Shown piece by piece: positions 9,663 through 18,537 of a stretch of DNA of 64,000 nt (the first letter of the stretch is position 1; each line of letters opens with the position of its first letter). The stretch spans positions 44,294 to 108,293 of the forward strand of contig DEWF01000005.1 of assembly GCA_002363545.1 (NCBI GenBank), in the 5' to 3' direction. The notes beneath the pieces were generated by a model. It saw nothing but the letters and a program-made list of their open reading frames with translations, was not told where the DNA came from and did not search any database. Origin of the DNA: Christensenella sp. UBA3217 (GTDB lineage: Bacteria > Bacillota > Clostridia > Christensenellales > CAG-1252). A program made the translations under genes and the position numbers.

Positions 9663-11423
9663 ATGCAGATCAAGGGAATGGACGGCAATTTTATTGAAGA
9701 ATTAAAGGGAAGATGCGATATCGTAGACGTCGTGTCTTCTTACGTGCCCACCCTTAACAAAAAGGGGAGCAAGTATTGGGGGAATTGTCCTTTCCATCAT
9801 GAAAAGACCCCTTCCTTTACCGTGGACCGTGAGCAAGGTTTTTATAAATGCTTCGGTTGCGGCAAGGGGGGTGACGTGATCTCCTTTGTGATGGACGCGG
9901 AAGGCGTCACCTTTTACGAGGCGGTAAAACTGCTTGCGGATAGGGCACACTTGGAAATGCCCAAAACCCTTCGTTCGGATAACGGGGAATTCCGCGAGGT
10001 AAAGGAGCGGCTTACCTCTCTCCTTCGGGACGCGGCTCGTATCTACCACGCGAACTTGGAAAGGCCGGAAGCAGCCGCTGCCAGGGAGTATATAAACAAA
10101 AGAGGCATCACGCCTTCTTCTGTGCGCAAGTTCGGCTTGGGGTATTCCGTGGGATACACCGAGATCATTCAAAACCTGAAAGCGCTGGGCTATAAGCGTG
10201 AGGAGATGCTGAAAGCGGGCGTGATACAGGAAAGGGAAGGCAAGTTCTTTGACGCCATGGCAAACAGGTTGGTGTTCCCCATCATAGATGCCTTCGGAAA
10301 GGTCATTGCCTTTGGGGGCAGAGTGCTCGGAAAGACAGACTTTGCCAAGTATAAAAACACCGATAACACCGCCGTGTTCGTAAAAAATAAAAACTTATAC
10401 GGCTTGAATTACATTAAGAAACTGCGCTTAAAGACCAAGGTGACGGACCTTATTATGGTGGAAGGGTATATGGATACCCTTGCGCTGGTGCAGGCAGGCG
10501 TGGAAAACGTGGTGGCAAGCATGGGCACTTCTCTTACCGAGGAGCAGGCAAAACTTGCGGCGCGTTACGTGGAAGATATCTATATTTGCTACGACGGGGA
10601 TTCCGCGGGGCAAAACGCCACACTGCGCGGGTTGGATATCTTGAAACGCCACGGCTTGAAAGTGCGCGTGATCTCCCTTCCGAACGGGGAAGACCCGGAT
10701 GAGATCATCAAGCGCGCGGGTGTTGAGGAGTTTTTGAAATATAAGAACGCCGCGGTGGAATTAACGGAGTATAAGTTGCTCCGTTTGAAAGAAGGACATG
10801 ATTTTAACACCCCTTTCGGGCGCGCTTCTTACGCCAAGGAAGCCGCCAAAATCATTGCCGAGTTAGCAAGTGAAGTGGAGCGCGAGATCTATTTGGATTA
10901 CGTGGCAAAACTGACGGGCATCAACAAGGCGGTGGTCAAGTCCGAGGTAAGTGCGATCAGCGCCGGCAAGCAGGATGCGGACGTGATCGTTACGGCGGGC
11001 GTACAAGCCATTGAAGCGAACGTGCAAGCGGCAAGATTTATATTGAACCGCTGCGTGATGGGGTTGGAAAAGTGGGAAGATCATGCCGATCTTATGCCTA
11101 CCGAGTCCCTAAGGAAGGTGGCGGATTACTTGAATGAATGCCAATTTTCCGGCAAGGTGCCGGACGTTGGCACACTCTATCATATCACAAGCGAGGAGGA
11201 AGCGGATCAAATCATCAATTTCGATACGGAACGGTACCAAGGTTCGGAAGAAGCCGCATATAAAGATTGCCTGACCCTTTTGCAAAAGGAATATGCAAAG
11301 AGCAAAATAGCGGAACTCAATGACAGATATAAAACTTGTACCACCGACGAAGAGAGAAATGAGATCATGCGGAAAATCGCGGATACGGAAGCTGAATACA
11401 GGAGGCAATATGGACGCAAATAA
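9663..11423 (+). CDS. dnaG: DNA primase
   Basis: Zinc finger [11 protein letters not shown]...[15 protein letters not shown] motifs EGYMD and YDGDSAG. The ATG at 9663, preceded by GGAGA, is preferred over the TTG at 9651. Confidence 0.93.
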   Translation: MQIKGMDGNFIEELKGRCDIVDVVSSYVPTLNKKGSKYWGNCPFHHEKTPSFTVDREQGFYKCFGCGKGGDVISFVMDAEGVTFYEAVKLLADRAHLEMPKTLRSDNGEFREVKERLTSLLRDAARIYHANLERPEAAAAREYINKRGITPSSVRKFGLGYSVGYTEIIQNLKALGYKREEMLKAGVIQEREGKFFDAMANRLVFPIIDAFGKVIAFGGRVLGKTDFAKYKNTDNTAVFVKNKNLYGLNYIKKLRLKTKVTDLIMVEGYMDTLALVQAGVENVVASMGTSLTEEQAKLAARYVEDIYICYDGDSAGQNATLRGLDILKRHGLKVRVISLPNGEDPDEIIKRAGVEEFLKYKNAAVELTEYKLLRLKEGHDFNTPFGRASYAKEAAKIIAELASEVEREIYLDYVAKLTGINKAVVKSEVSAISAGKQDADVIVTAGVQAIEANVQAARFILNRCVMGLEKWEDHADLMPTESLRKVADYLNECQFSGKVPDVGTLYHITSEEEADQIINFDTERYQGSEEAAYKDCLTLLQKEYAKSKIAELNDRYKTCTTDEERNEIMRKIADTEAEYRRQYGRK

Positions 11424-12489
11424 CGTAGAAAAGAAAGAAGCGCTGCAAGCCGTTATCGAGAAGATCGTGGAGACCTTTAAGAGCAAAGGCACCGTTCCCG
11501 AAGAGGATCTGGTGGTGCGTTTGCAAAAGTTGGATATCAACAGTGACGATATCGAGTACGCTTACGGCGAGATCGAAAAGGCGGGCATTGTGATCACCGC
11601 GTCACCTGCGGAAGAAGCCAGCAAGCCCGATGCGATCAACAAGATGCTCTCCGACGTTAGCGTGGATGACGCCGTGAAACTCTATTTGCGCGATATCGGC
11701 AGATACTCTTTGCTCTCCGCCGAAGAAGAGTTGGAACTTGCCAAATTGACGGCGGAAGGGGATGAGAATGCCAAGAAGAAACTTGCGGAAGCAAACCTTC
11801 GTTTGGTGGTGAATATCGCCAAAAAATACATTTCCCGCGGCATGTCCTTTTTGGACTTGATCCAAGAAGGAAACCAAGGCTTGCTCAAAGCGGTGGAAAA
11901 GTTTGATTATACCAAGGGCTTTAAGTTCAGTACTTATGCCACCTGGTGGATCCGTCAAGCCATCACCCGTGCGATAGCGGATCAGGCGCGTACCATTCGC
12001 TTGCCCGTGCACATGGTGGAAACCATCAATAAAACTTCGCGTACCATTCGCATGTTGACCCAGCAACTCGGACGTGATCCCACCGAAGAGGAGATCGCTA
12101 CGGAGCTTGGCATCACGGTGGAAAAGGTGAGGGAGATACAGCGCACCGCGCAAGATCCCGTTTCTTTGGAGACCCCGATCGGTGAAGAGGAAGACAGCCA
12201 CCTTGGTGACTTTATTGAGGATACCACTGCCGCTCATCCGGATGAGATCGCGGAGCAGGGCATGGTGAAGGAGCAACTGATGCAGGTGCTTTCCACCTTG
12301 ACCCCGCGTGAGGAAAAGGTCATTCGCATGCGTTACGGTTTGGATGATAACCGTCAGCGCACCTTGGAAGAGGTGGGACAAGCATTCGGCGTGACCAGAG
12401 AGCGTATCAGACAGATCGAAGCGAAGGCGCTCAGAAAACTGCGTCATCCCAAGAGAAAGGATAAACTTCGCGGGTTCTTGGACAAGTGA
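11410..12489 (+). CDS. sigA: Primary RNA polymerase sigma factor (sigma-70/SigA)
   Basis: Region 2 motif [13 protein letters not shown]; region 4.2 motif [20 protein letters not shown]. The ATG at 11410 follows AGGAGG and overlaps the end of dnaG. The listed 11320 start lies inside dnaG. Confidence 0.93.
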   Translation: MDANNVEKKEALQAVIEKIVETFKSKGTVPEEDLVVRLQKLDINSDDIEYAYGEIEKAGIVITASPAEEASKPDAINKMLSDVSVDDAVKLYLRDIGRYSLLSAEEELELAKLTAEGDENAKKKLAEANLRLVVNIAKKYISRGMSFLDLIQEGNQGLLKAVEKFDYTKGFKFSTYATWWIRQAITRAIADQARTIRLPVHMVETINKTSRTIRMLTQQLGRDPTEEEIATELGITVEKVREIQRTAQDPVSLETPIGEEEDSHLGDFIEDTTAAHPDEIAEQGMVKEQLMQVLSTLTPREEKVIRMRYGLDDNRQRTLEEVGQAFGVTRERIRQIEAKALRKLRHPKRKDKLRGFLDK

Positions 12490-13127
12490 GGATCCGACTG
12501 GGAGAAAGACTGAATACCGTGCTCTCTTTGATCGAGGGCGGAAGAGTGTGCGACGTTGGCACCGATCACGGGAAACTGCCCGTTGCCGCTTTGCTTTCGG
12601 GCAGGGTTTCCGAAGCGATAGCCATTGATATCAGCGCTAAGAGCTTGGCAAAAGCACGCTTGCTTGCAGAGCAAGAGGGAGTGCCCCTTCGCTGTTTGCA
12701 AGGGGATGGACTCACTCCGCTTTCGGAAAAGCAAACCGACACGGTTGTGATTGCCGGAATGGGGGGCGCGGAAACGGTAAAGATCTTATCCGAAGCCCCT
12801 TGTACCTTCTCCAAATATATTTTCGTTCCGCACAAGAACGCGCCGCTGGTGAGAAAGTATTTGAAAGATAATAACACGCGCATCACGCACGATATTGCGG
12901 TAAAAGAGGACAAACACTTTTACTTTGTGATAGAAGCGGATCCCTCTCTGTCGTGGCAGGAGAAAAGCCTGTACTTTGGGGAAGAGGGGGTGGCGTTTGA
13001 GGAGTATCGCGCTTGGCGGCTCCAAAAGATAGAGCACTTGCTCTCACTCAAAGAAGATCCTTCGCTTAGGGAGGAAAAGGAGGAACTATCTCATGCCCAC
13101 CCTGCAACAGATCGAGCAGAGTCTTAA
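12486..13127 (+). CDS. trmK: tRNA (adenine22-N1)-methyltransferase TrmK family
   Basis: [13 protein letters not shown]...[11 protein letters not shown]...LQGDGL. GTGA start/stop overlap with sigA. Firmicutes synteny sigA-trmK-nif3. Confidence 0.8.
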   Translation: MRIRLGERLNTVLSLIEGGRVCDVGTDHGKLPVAALLSGRVSEAIAIDISAKSLAKARLLAEQEGVPLRCLQGDGLTPLSEKQTDTVVIAGMGGAETVKILSEAPCTFSKYIFVPHKNAPLVRKYLKDNNTRITHDIAVKEDKHFYFVIEADPSLSWQEKSLYFGEEGVAFEEYRAWRLQKIEHLLSLKEDPSLREEKEELSHAHPATDRAES

Positions 13128-13848
13128 TTTGGCATACCCCTTTTCTGACGCTTGTTCTTACGATAACGTCGGGTTGCTCGTAGGCAAGAAAGATAAAGAG
13201 GTAAAAAGAGTGCTTATTGCTTTGGACGTGACCCATGCGGTCATTGAAGAGGCTGCAGCGCTCGGTGCGGACCTGATCCTTTCGCACCACCCGGTGATCT
13301 TTCATGAGATCAAGAGCGTGACCGATAAAGATTATACGGGCAGTTTGTTGCTCTCTTTGGCGCAAAAAGACATTGCCGTGATATCCCTGCATACCAACTT
13401 TGATAAGGGTGAAAACGGGAATAACGATCAACTTGCTCTGTGTTTGGGTGCAAAAGAGTATCAAAAGATAGAGGACGGCTTTGCCACCCTCTTTGACCTT
13501 GAAAAGGAAATGGACATAGCCGCCTTTGCCCTTCAGGTAAAAAGCGCGTTGGGAGATAAGGTGGTGCGCACCATCGGTGAGGGGAAAGTGAAAAAAGTAA
13601 TAGCCGCTTGCGGTGCGGGGATCGGGGAAGAGTTGATCCTTTTGGCAAAAGAGCAAAATGCCGTGATCGTCACGGCGGATATCAAACACAATTACGCGGT
13701 GATGGCTCGTGACCTTGGCGTAAAGGTGGTGGAAACCACCCATTACGCAGGGGAATGGGGCTTTACCGAGAGAATGAAAAAAATATTGGCGGAACGCTTT
13801 TCTTTGGAAACGTTTATCAGCCAACATAATATCAATCCTTACGGCTAA
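13093..13848 (+). CDS. Nif3-like dinuclear metal centre protein (YqfO family)
   Basis: DNVGLLVG...VLIALDVT...GADLILSHHPVIF...ISLHTNFD...TTHYAGEW. Confidence 0.85.
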   Translation: MPTLQQIEQSLNLAYPFSDACSYDNVGLLVGKKDKEVKRVLIALDVTHAVIEEAAALGADLILSHHPVIFHEIKSVTDKDYTGSLLLSLAQKDIAVISLHTNFDKGENGNNDQLALCLGAKEYQKIEDGFATLFDLEKEMDIAAFALQVKSALGDKVVRTIGEGKVKKVIAACGAGIGEELILLAKEQNAVIVTADIKHNYAVMARDLGVKVVETTHYAGEWGFTERMKKILAERFSLETFISQHNINPYG

Positions 13849-13870
13849 CTCGTAAGGGAAGGAGCAGGAA

Positions 13871-14572
13871 ATGGAATTATCCGCAATGCTGGAATACCAG
13901 AAACTTGACAAAGAGATGATGGCGCTTGAAAACGAATTGATGCAAAGCCCCATCGCGCGCGAATATGCCACGAGCAAACACGCGCTTGCCGTTGCGCAGG
14001 ATCAGGTCATCAAACAGAACCGTGACGCAGGGGATATGGTCAAGCAGATGGAAGGTTTGATCGCCGAATACGACGCCTTGGAAAAGGAACTCAAAGAAGC
14101 GGAAAGCGCCGTGCCCGACGTTGCGGACGTGAACGGTGCGGATTTCTTTATTCGCAACGTGCAAAAGTTGATCTCGCAACTCAAAAACCTTGCTTCCGAG
14201 ATCGGCAAGATGAGCGCCAAGATCGTGGAGCTTAACCAAAACCACGCGGCAACAATGGCGGCTGGTAAGGAAGCGAAAAAGAAGTTCACGCAATGCAAGG
14301 AGCCTTATGACGTGGAAAAAGAAAAGTATCGTCCCGCGGCGGCCGCATTGCAACAAAAGATAGCGGCGGCGGAAAAGAACTGTTCGGAAGACTTTTTAAA
14401 CGTTTACAAGCGCTTGCGTAAGATGAAAAAATTCCCCGTCATCGTGCCGCTTGCCAACGGGCGCAGTTGCGGCGGGTGCTATATGGAACTTGCGTGGGAC
14501 ACGTTGGTGACCTTGGATTCCAAACCCTTTATCGAGTGTCCGAGTTGCGGCAGAATACTTTACAAGGATTAA
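13871..14572 (+). CDS. Coiled-coil protein with C-terminal C4 zinc ribbon (COG1579-like)
   Basis: Long heptad-like N-region. C-terminal CGGCYMEL...CPSCGRILY. Usual neighbour of nif3. Confidence 0.75.
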   Translation: MELSAMLEYQKLDKEMMALENELMQSPIAREYATSKHALAVAQDQVIKQNRDAGDMVKQMEGLIAEYDALEKELKEAESAVPDVADVNGADFFIRNVQKLISQLKNLASEIGKMSAKIVELNQNHAATMAAGKEAKKKFTQCKEPYDVEKEKYRPAAAALQQKIAAAEKNCSEDFLNVYKRLRKMKKFPVIVPLANGRSCGGCYMELAWDTLVTLDSKPFIECPSCGRILYKD

Positions 14573-14588
14573 ACGAGGTGAATGACGT

Positions 14589-16271
14589 ATGATGAATTAT
14601 CTTTTGGCAAAAAAGGGAGAGAGAGTCGGTGATATTATCGCATTCGTATTGTACTTTCTGATAGTCATCGGGATCGGTGTTTATTTCTTTTTGAGAGGCT
14701 TGAAAGATAAAGCGCAATCGGGCGAGAAGGGCTTTTTCCTTGGCGGCAGAAAGATGAACGGATTGATCTCCGCCCTTAGCGCCGGTGCTTCCGATATGAG
14801 CGCGTGGGTGCTCATGGGCCTTCCCGGTTCCATTTACCTTTACGGTATCGGTCAGGTGTGGATCTCCATCGGTCTTTTGATCGGCACGGTGTGCGCTTGG
14901 ATCTTTGTGGCGCCCAAACTTCGCCGCTACTCCATTTTGGCGAATGACAGCATTACCATTCCGCAGTATCTTACCAACCGCTTTAAGAGCAAGAGCAAGG
15001 TATTGCAAATTGCTTCGGCTATCATTTTCGTAGTGGTGTACTGCGTTTACGGCGCTTCCTCCATCAAAGCGTGCGGCACACTCTTTAATACCCTCTTTGG
15101 TATGAACGAGCGCATTGCCATGACCATAAGCACCTTGATCATCATTTCGTACTTGTTCCTCGGCGGCTTTAACGCGGTGTGCTGGACGGACTTTTTGCAA
15201 GGCATGATCATGCTTCTTGCTTTGATGCTTACCCCCATCGTGGCGGTGGCTGTTATGCACGTGCCCACGACGGGAACGGGTACTCCCGCGCACTTCTATA
15301 ATTTGCTTTCTTCCGGAAAGCTGAATTGGGCAAGCATTGCCACCATCCTTACCGGTCTTGGCTGGGGGCTCGGATATTTCGGCATGCCGCATATCATCGT
15401 GAGATATATGTCCATCAAGTCGGAAAAGGAAATGAAAAAATCCAAGATCATCGGCAGCACCTGGACTTTCTTGATCCTTTTGTTGGCCACCGTTGTGGCT
15501 TTGGTCGGCAGAAAGTATCTCGGCAACGCCTTGAATAAGGATACGGCTTCCACCGTCTTTATTAGGCTGGCAAGAGGATCCTTCCCCATCTTCATAGGAG
15601 GTTTGATCATCACGGCTATCCTTGCCGCTTCCATGAGCACGGCGGATTCGCAGCTTTTGGCGTCCTCTTCCGCCTTTGCTTCCGACGTGTACAAGACCAG
15701 CATTCGCAAGCAAGCGAGTGATAGGGAAGTGATGTGGGTCGGTAGGATCGTGGTGGTTGTGGCGTCTTTGATCGCCTTCATGATCGCCATGCTCGGCGTG
15801 GGAGATGATCCCATCGTGCCTGCGTTCAGCACCATTATGACATTGGTTTCCGCGGCATGGGCGGCATTTGGTGCGGCGTTCGGTCCCGTTATTTTGCTCT
15901 CCTTGTATAATCGCAGAGTGAATTACAAGGGTGCCACCGCGGGTATCATCACCGGTTTTGTGGTGGATATCCTTTGGATGATCCTCTTTAACCTTGATTA
16001 TTACGATATGACGAGTTTGGTTTATAACACCGGCTTGTATGAGATCATTCCCGGGTTTGTTGCGGGTCTTGTGACCATGCTTGTTGTGAGCTATCTGACG
16101 GATAAACCTTCCGAGGAAGTCACTTCCCTTTATGATAAAGTGCGCGCGGCTAAGAGCGTGGAAGTGGATGAGGACGGCGTGGCTCTCGTGGACGGCGTTC
16201 CTTTTGAAAGAGAAGAGATCGCCGTGGCAGAGGAAGTTGTGGCAGACGCAGATGCCGAGTCCGAAGAATAA
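14589..16271 (+). CDS. putP: Sodium:solute symporter family, proline symporter-like
   Basis: About 13 TM helices. FFLGGRKMNG, GLPGSIYLYG and FGMPHIIVRYMS motifs of SSF/PutP. Acidic C-terminal tail. Confidence 0.8.
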   Translation: MMNYLLAKKGERVGDIIAFVLYFLIVIGIGVYFFLRGLKDKAQSGEKGFFLGGRKMNGLISALSAGASDMSAWVLMGLPGSIYLYGIGQVWISIGLLIGTVCAWIFVAPKLRRYSILANDSITIPQYLTNRFKSKSKVLQIASAIIFVVVYCVYGASSIKACGTLFNTLFGMNERIAMTISTLIIISYLFLGGFNAVCWTDFLQGMIMLLALMLTPIVAVAVMHVPTTGTGTPAHFYNLLSSGKLNWASIATILTGLGWGLGYFGMPHIIVRYMSIKSEKEMKKSKIIGSTWTFLILLLATVVALVGRKYLGNALNKDTASTVFIRLARGSFPIFIGGLIITAILAASMSTADSQLLASSSAFASDVYKTSIRKQASDREVMWVGRIVVVVASLIAFMIAMLGVGDDPIVPAFSTIMTLVSAAWAAFGAAFGPVILLSLYNRRVNYKGATAGIITGFVVDILWMILFNLDYYDMTSLVYNTGLYEIIPGFVAGLVTMLVVSYLTDKPSEEVTSLYDKVRAAKSVEVDEDGVALVDGVPFEREEIAVAEEVVADADAESEE

Positions 16272-16295
16272 AACAATCGGTTCGTTGTCATAAAT

Positions 16296-16330
16296 AAAAA
16301 TCCACCGACTTGTTCGGTGGATTTTTTTGT
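16296..16330. terminator. Bidirectional intrinsic terminator between putP and the convergent phosphoesterase gene
   Basis: ATCCACCGA-cttgt-TCGGTGGAT hairpin flanked by an A-run and a T-run. Confidence 0.75.
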
Positions 16331-16376
16331 TTTGAATTGTACTTTTTTAACTCCTTTTAGAGGAGTGGCATTTTGA

Positions 16377-17585
16377 TCAATCGGTAAAGAGAATGGCGTC
16401 AAGGGCGCCGCTTGTTTTGTAAGCGCGGTAATCGTATGAGCCGTTCGGGTAAAGAGAAAGAATATTGTATCCTTCCGCATCGGCCACGCGTTCGGTCACG
16501 GTGGTTAGGCGGATATAGGTAAGATAAATATCGTCATGGGTATTATATACGGTAAGATCGTTCACGTGGTCGTGTCCGAAAAACACCGCTTTTGCGCCGT
16601 TTGCCACCAGGGCGGAGTAAAGAGTGCCGTCGGTGTAGGGCGGACAGTGGATCTTATCGCGCAGGGTGCCGTCAATTAAGGTCCAACCATCTGCGGTGGC
16701 TTGATCGGTAAAGTGCCAAGTGACTTCTTTGCCGTAATCGATCTCACCCGTGATCTCAATTGCCGCTGCAAGCTCCTGCAAGGGCTTGTGTATCACGCAC
16801 ATGTGGGTGAGGGTGCCGCCGTTTTTCTCTTTCATTGCCGCATAGGTTTCTTGGTACCAATCTACCTGCGCTTGGGAGATGGCGGTATCCGCTTTTTTGT
16901 TCACGCCCCATTTTTTGTATTCCTTTTCTTCCATGAGTTTGCTACCGTTATCCAGGAAGAAGAAAGAGTCTGTGATCAATCCGTCCGCGCCGAGAACGGA
17001 AAGCACGTAATTGCCGTAGCCGTCCACCGTTCTGCCGTCCGCGGTCTTTTTGGTATCCGATTCCATTAGGCAACGGGGGGACTTACTCCAACACTTTACC
17101 ACGTCTTCTCGGGAAGTCATCAAAAAGTCACGATCTCCCTCGTGGTTTCCCAAAACGGGTGCCCAATACACCCCAAGGCGGTCCATCAAATAACGGAACT
17201 GCAATACGCGCACGCTGTCGTTCAGTCCGTTCAAAGTATCACCGCCCAAGATGATCAGATCGGGTTTTTCCGAATAGACCCATTTTACAAAACGTTCAAT
17301 GGTTTCACGGGTGGAAGATTGCAACTCGCAAAGGTGCACGTCGGTCAAAAACAAAATGCGAAAAGGTTCGCTGCTGATCGCGCCGTTCTTGATCTTGGCA
17401 AGAGCGGGGGAGCCGCTGTTGTTCAGCGGGTGATCGGCGGCAAGCAACTGCACGTCGTTCGGCAGGGGAGAAATGGAAGAAAGGTCGTAATCAAAGGGAA
17501 CCTGATAGAATACGATGCCGCAGGCGATCACGATAACGGTCGCCACGGAAAGCAAAATAACAGCGATTTTCTTTGCTTTGGACAT
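16377..17585 (-). CDS. Membrane-anchored calcineurin-like metallophosphoesterase
   Basis: N-terminal TM helix. ILFLTDVHL, GGDTLNG, GNHEGD and FFGHDHVND metal-ligand motifs. Confidence 0.85.
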   Translation of the reverse strand: MSKAKKIAVILLSVATVIVIACGIVFYQVPFDYDLSSISPLPNDVQLLAADHPLNNSGSPALAKIKNGAISSEPFRILFLTDVHLCELQSSTRETIERFVKWVYSEKPDLIILGGDTLNGLNDSVRVLQFRYLMDRLGVYWAPVLGNHEGDRDFLMTSREDVVKCWSKSPRCLMESDTKKTADGRTVDGYGNYVLSVLGADGLITDSFFFLDNGSKLMEEKEYKKWGVNKKADTAISQAQVDWYQETYAAMKEKNGGTLTHMCVIHKPLQELAAAIEITGEIDYGKEVTWHFTDQATADGWTLIDGTLRDKIHCPPYTDGTLYSALVANGAKAVFFGHDHVNDLTVYNTHDDIYLTYIRLTTVTERVADAEGYNILSLYPNGSYDYRAYKTSGALDAILFTD

Positions 17586-17685
17586 AGGATCCTCCCAAGC
17601 GGAATTATTATATCATTTATAAGCGCCTTTTTCAAGGTAGCGCGCGCCGTCTTCCTCGGGTGGAAAAAGGGCGCAATGTGCGGCG

Positions 17686-18531
17686 TTAATCGGAAAGCCT
17701 TTTTATAAGGTAAGGGATAGCTTGCTCGAATTTTACGCCGTAAGCGTGTTCCTCTCTGTCGGGCAGGGTGGCGCGTATGGCGCGAACGGTAAAGTCCACC
17801 GCAAGAGCCGCCGCCTCTCTCAGAGAGAATCCGCGGAGTAGGGCACCCGTAAATACCGAAGCGTAAACGTCCCCCGTGCCGTGAAAGGATCCTTCGATAC
17901 GATCCTCAAAATAGTAATGCACACGATCGGTGTTTCGCTCATAGATCGCCACACCGAGTTTGGCTTTATCAAAAGATACTCCCGTCAGCACCACGTTTCC
18001 GCCCGAAAGCGCGGATAAGCGCCTGACAAGACTTTCCGTTTGCGCTTCCGTGTACTCTGCGCCAAGATAGGGTTCGTTCAAAAGATATGCCGCCTCGGTC
18101 AGGTTGGGCAGTATCACGTCCGCTCCCTTCAAAAAGGCAGCCATTTCCGAAGCAAAGGCTTTGTCAAAACCGGCGTACAGTTTGCCGTTATCGCCCATCA
18201 CGGGGTCCACCACAAAAAGCGCGCCCTCCTTTCGGGTTGTATTTACAATGTTTTTAATGTAATTCAGTTGCTGTTTGCTGCCGATATAACCGGTGTAAAA
18301 GGCGTCAAAGGCAATGCCTTGCTTTTGCCAATGCGCGCCGATGGCGGGAAGATCCTCCGTCAGGTCGCGGAAGGTGTATCCCGTGAACCCGCCCGTGTGT
18401 GTGGAAAGCACCGCGGAAGGAATGATCGCCGTTTCAATTCCCATTGCCGAAAGAATGGGAAGGGCAACGGTGATCGAACATTGTCCGAAGCAGGATATAT
18501 CTTGAATGGTAAGGATCCTGGTGGTGCTCAT
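17686..18531 (-). CDS. pdxK: Pyridoxal/pyridoxamine kinase
   Basis: ILTIQDISCFGQCSITVALPILSAMG, TGYIGS, VVDPVMGD, HGTGDVYASV (ribokinase-fold PdxK/PdxY pattern). Confidence 0.8.
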   Translation of the reverse strand: MSTTRILTIQDISCFGQCSITVALPILSAMGIETAIIPSAVLSTHTGGFTGYTFRDLTEDLPAIGAHWQKQGIAFDAFYTGYIGSKQQLNYIKNIVNTTRKEGALFVVDPVMGDNGKLYAGFDKAFASEMAAFLKGADVILPNLTEAAYLLNEPYLGAEYTEAQTESLVRRLSALSGGNVVLTGVSFDKAKLGVAIYERNTDRVHYYFEDRIEGSFHGTGDVYASVFTGALLRGFSLREAAALAVDFTVRAIRATLPDREEHAYGVKFEQAIPYLIKRLSD

Positions 18532-18537
18532 GCTTTC

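Noticed and set aside
11602-12447. 281-aa minus ORF, and 13066..13977 303-aa minus ORF
   Set aside because: These are shadows of sigA and of trmK/nif3 respectively. The sense-strand genes carry canonical motifs and conserved synteny.
14529-15713. 394-aa minus-strand ORF overlapping putP
   Set aside because: It is antisense to a well-supported symporter gene. Its composition is dominated by G/R/H/D/K runs and it has no recognisable domain.
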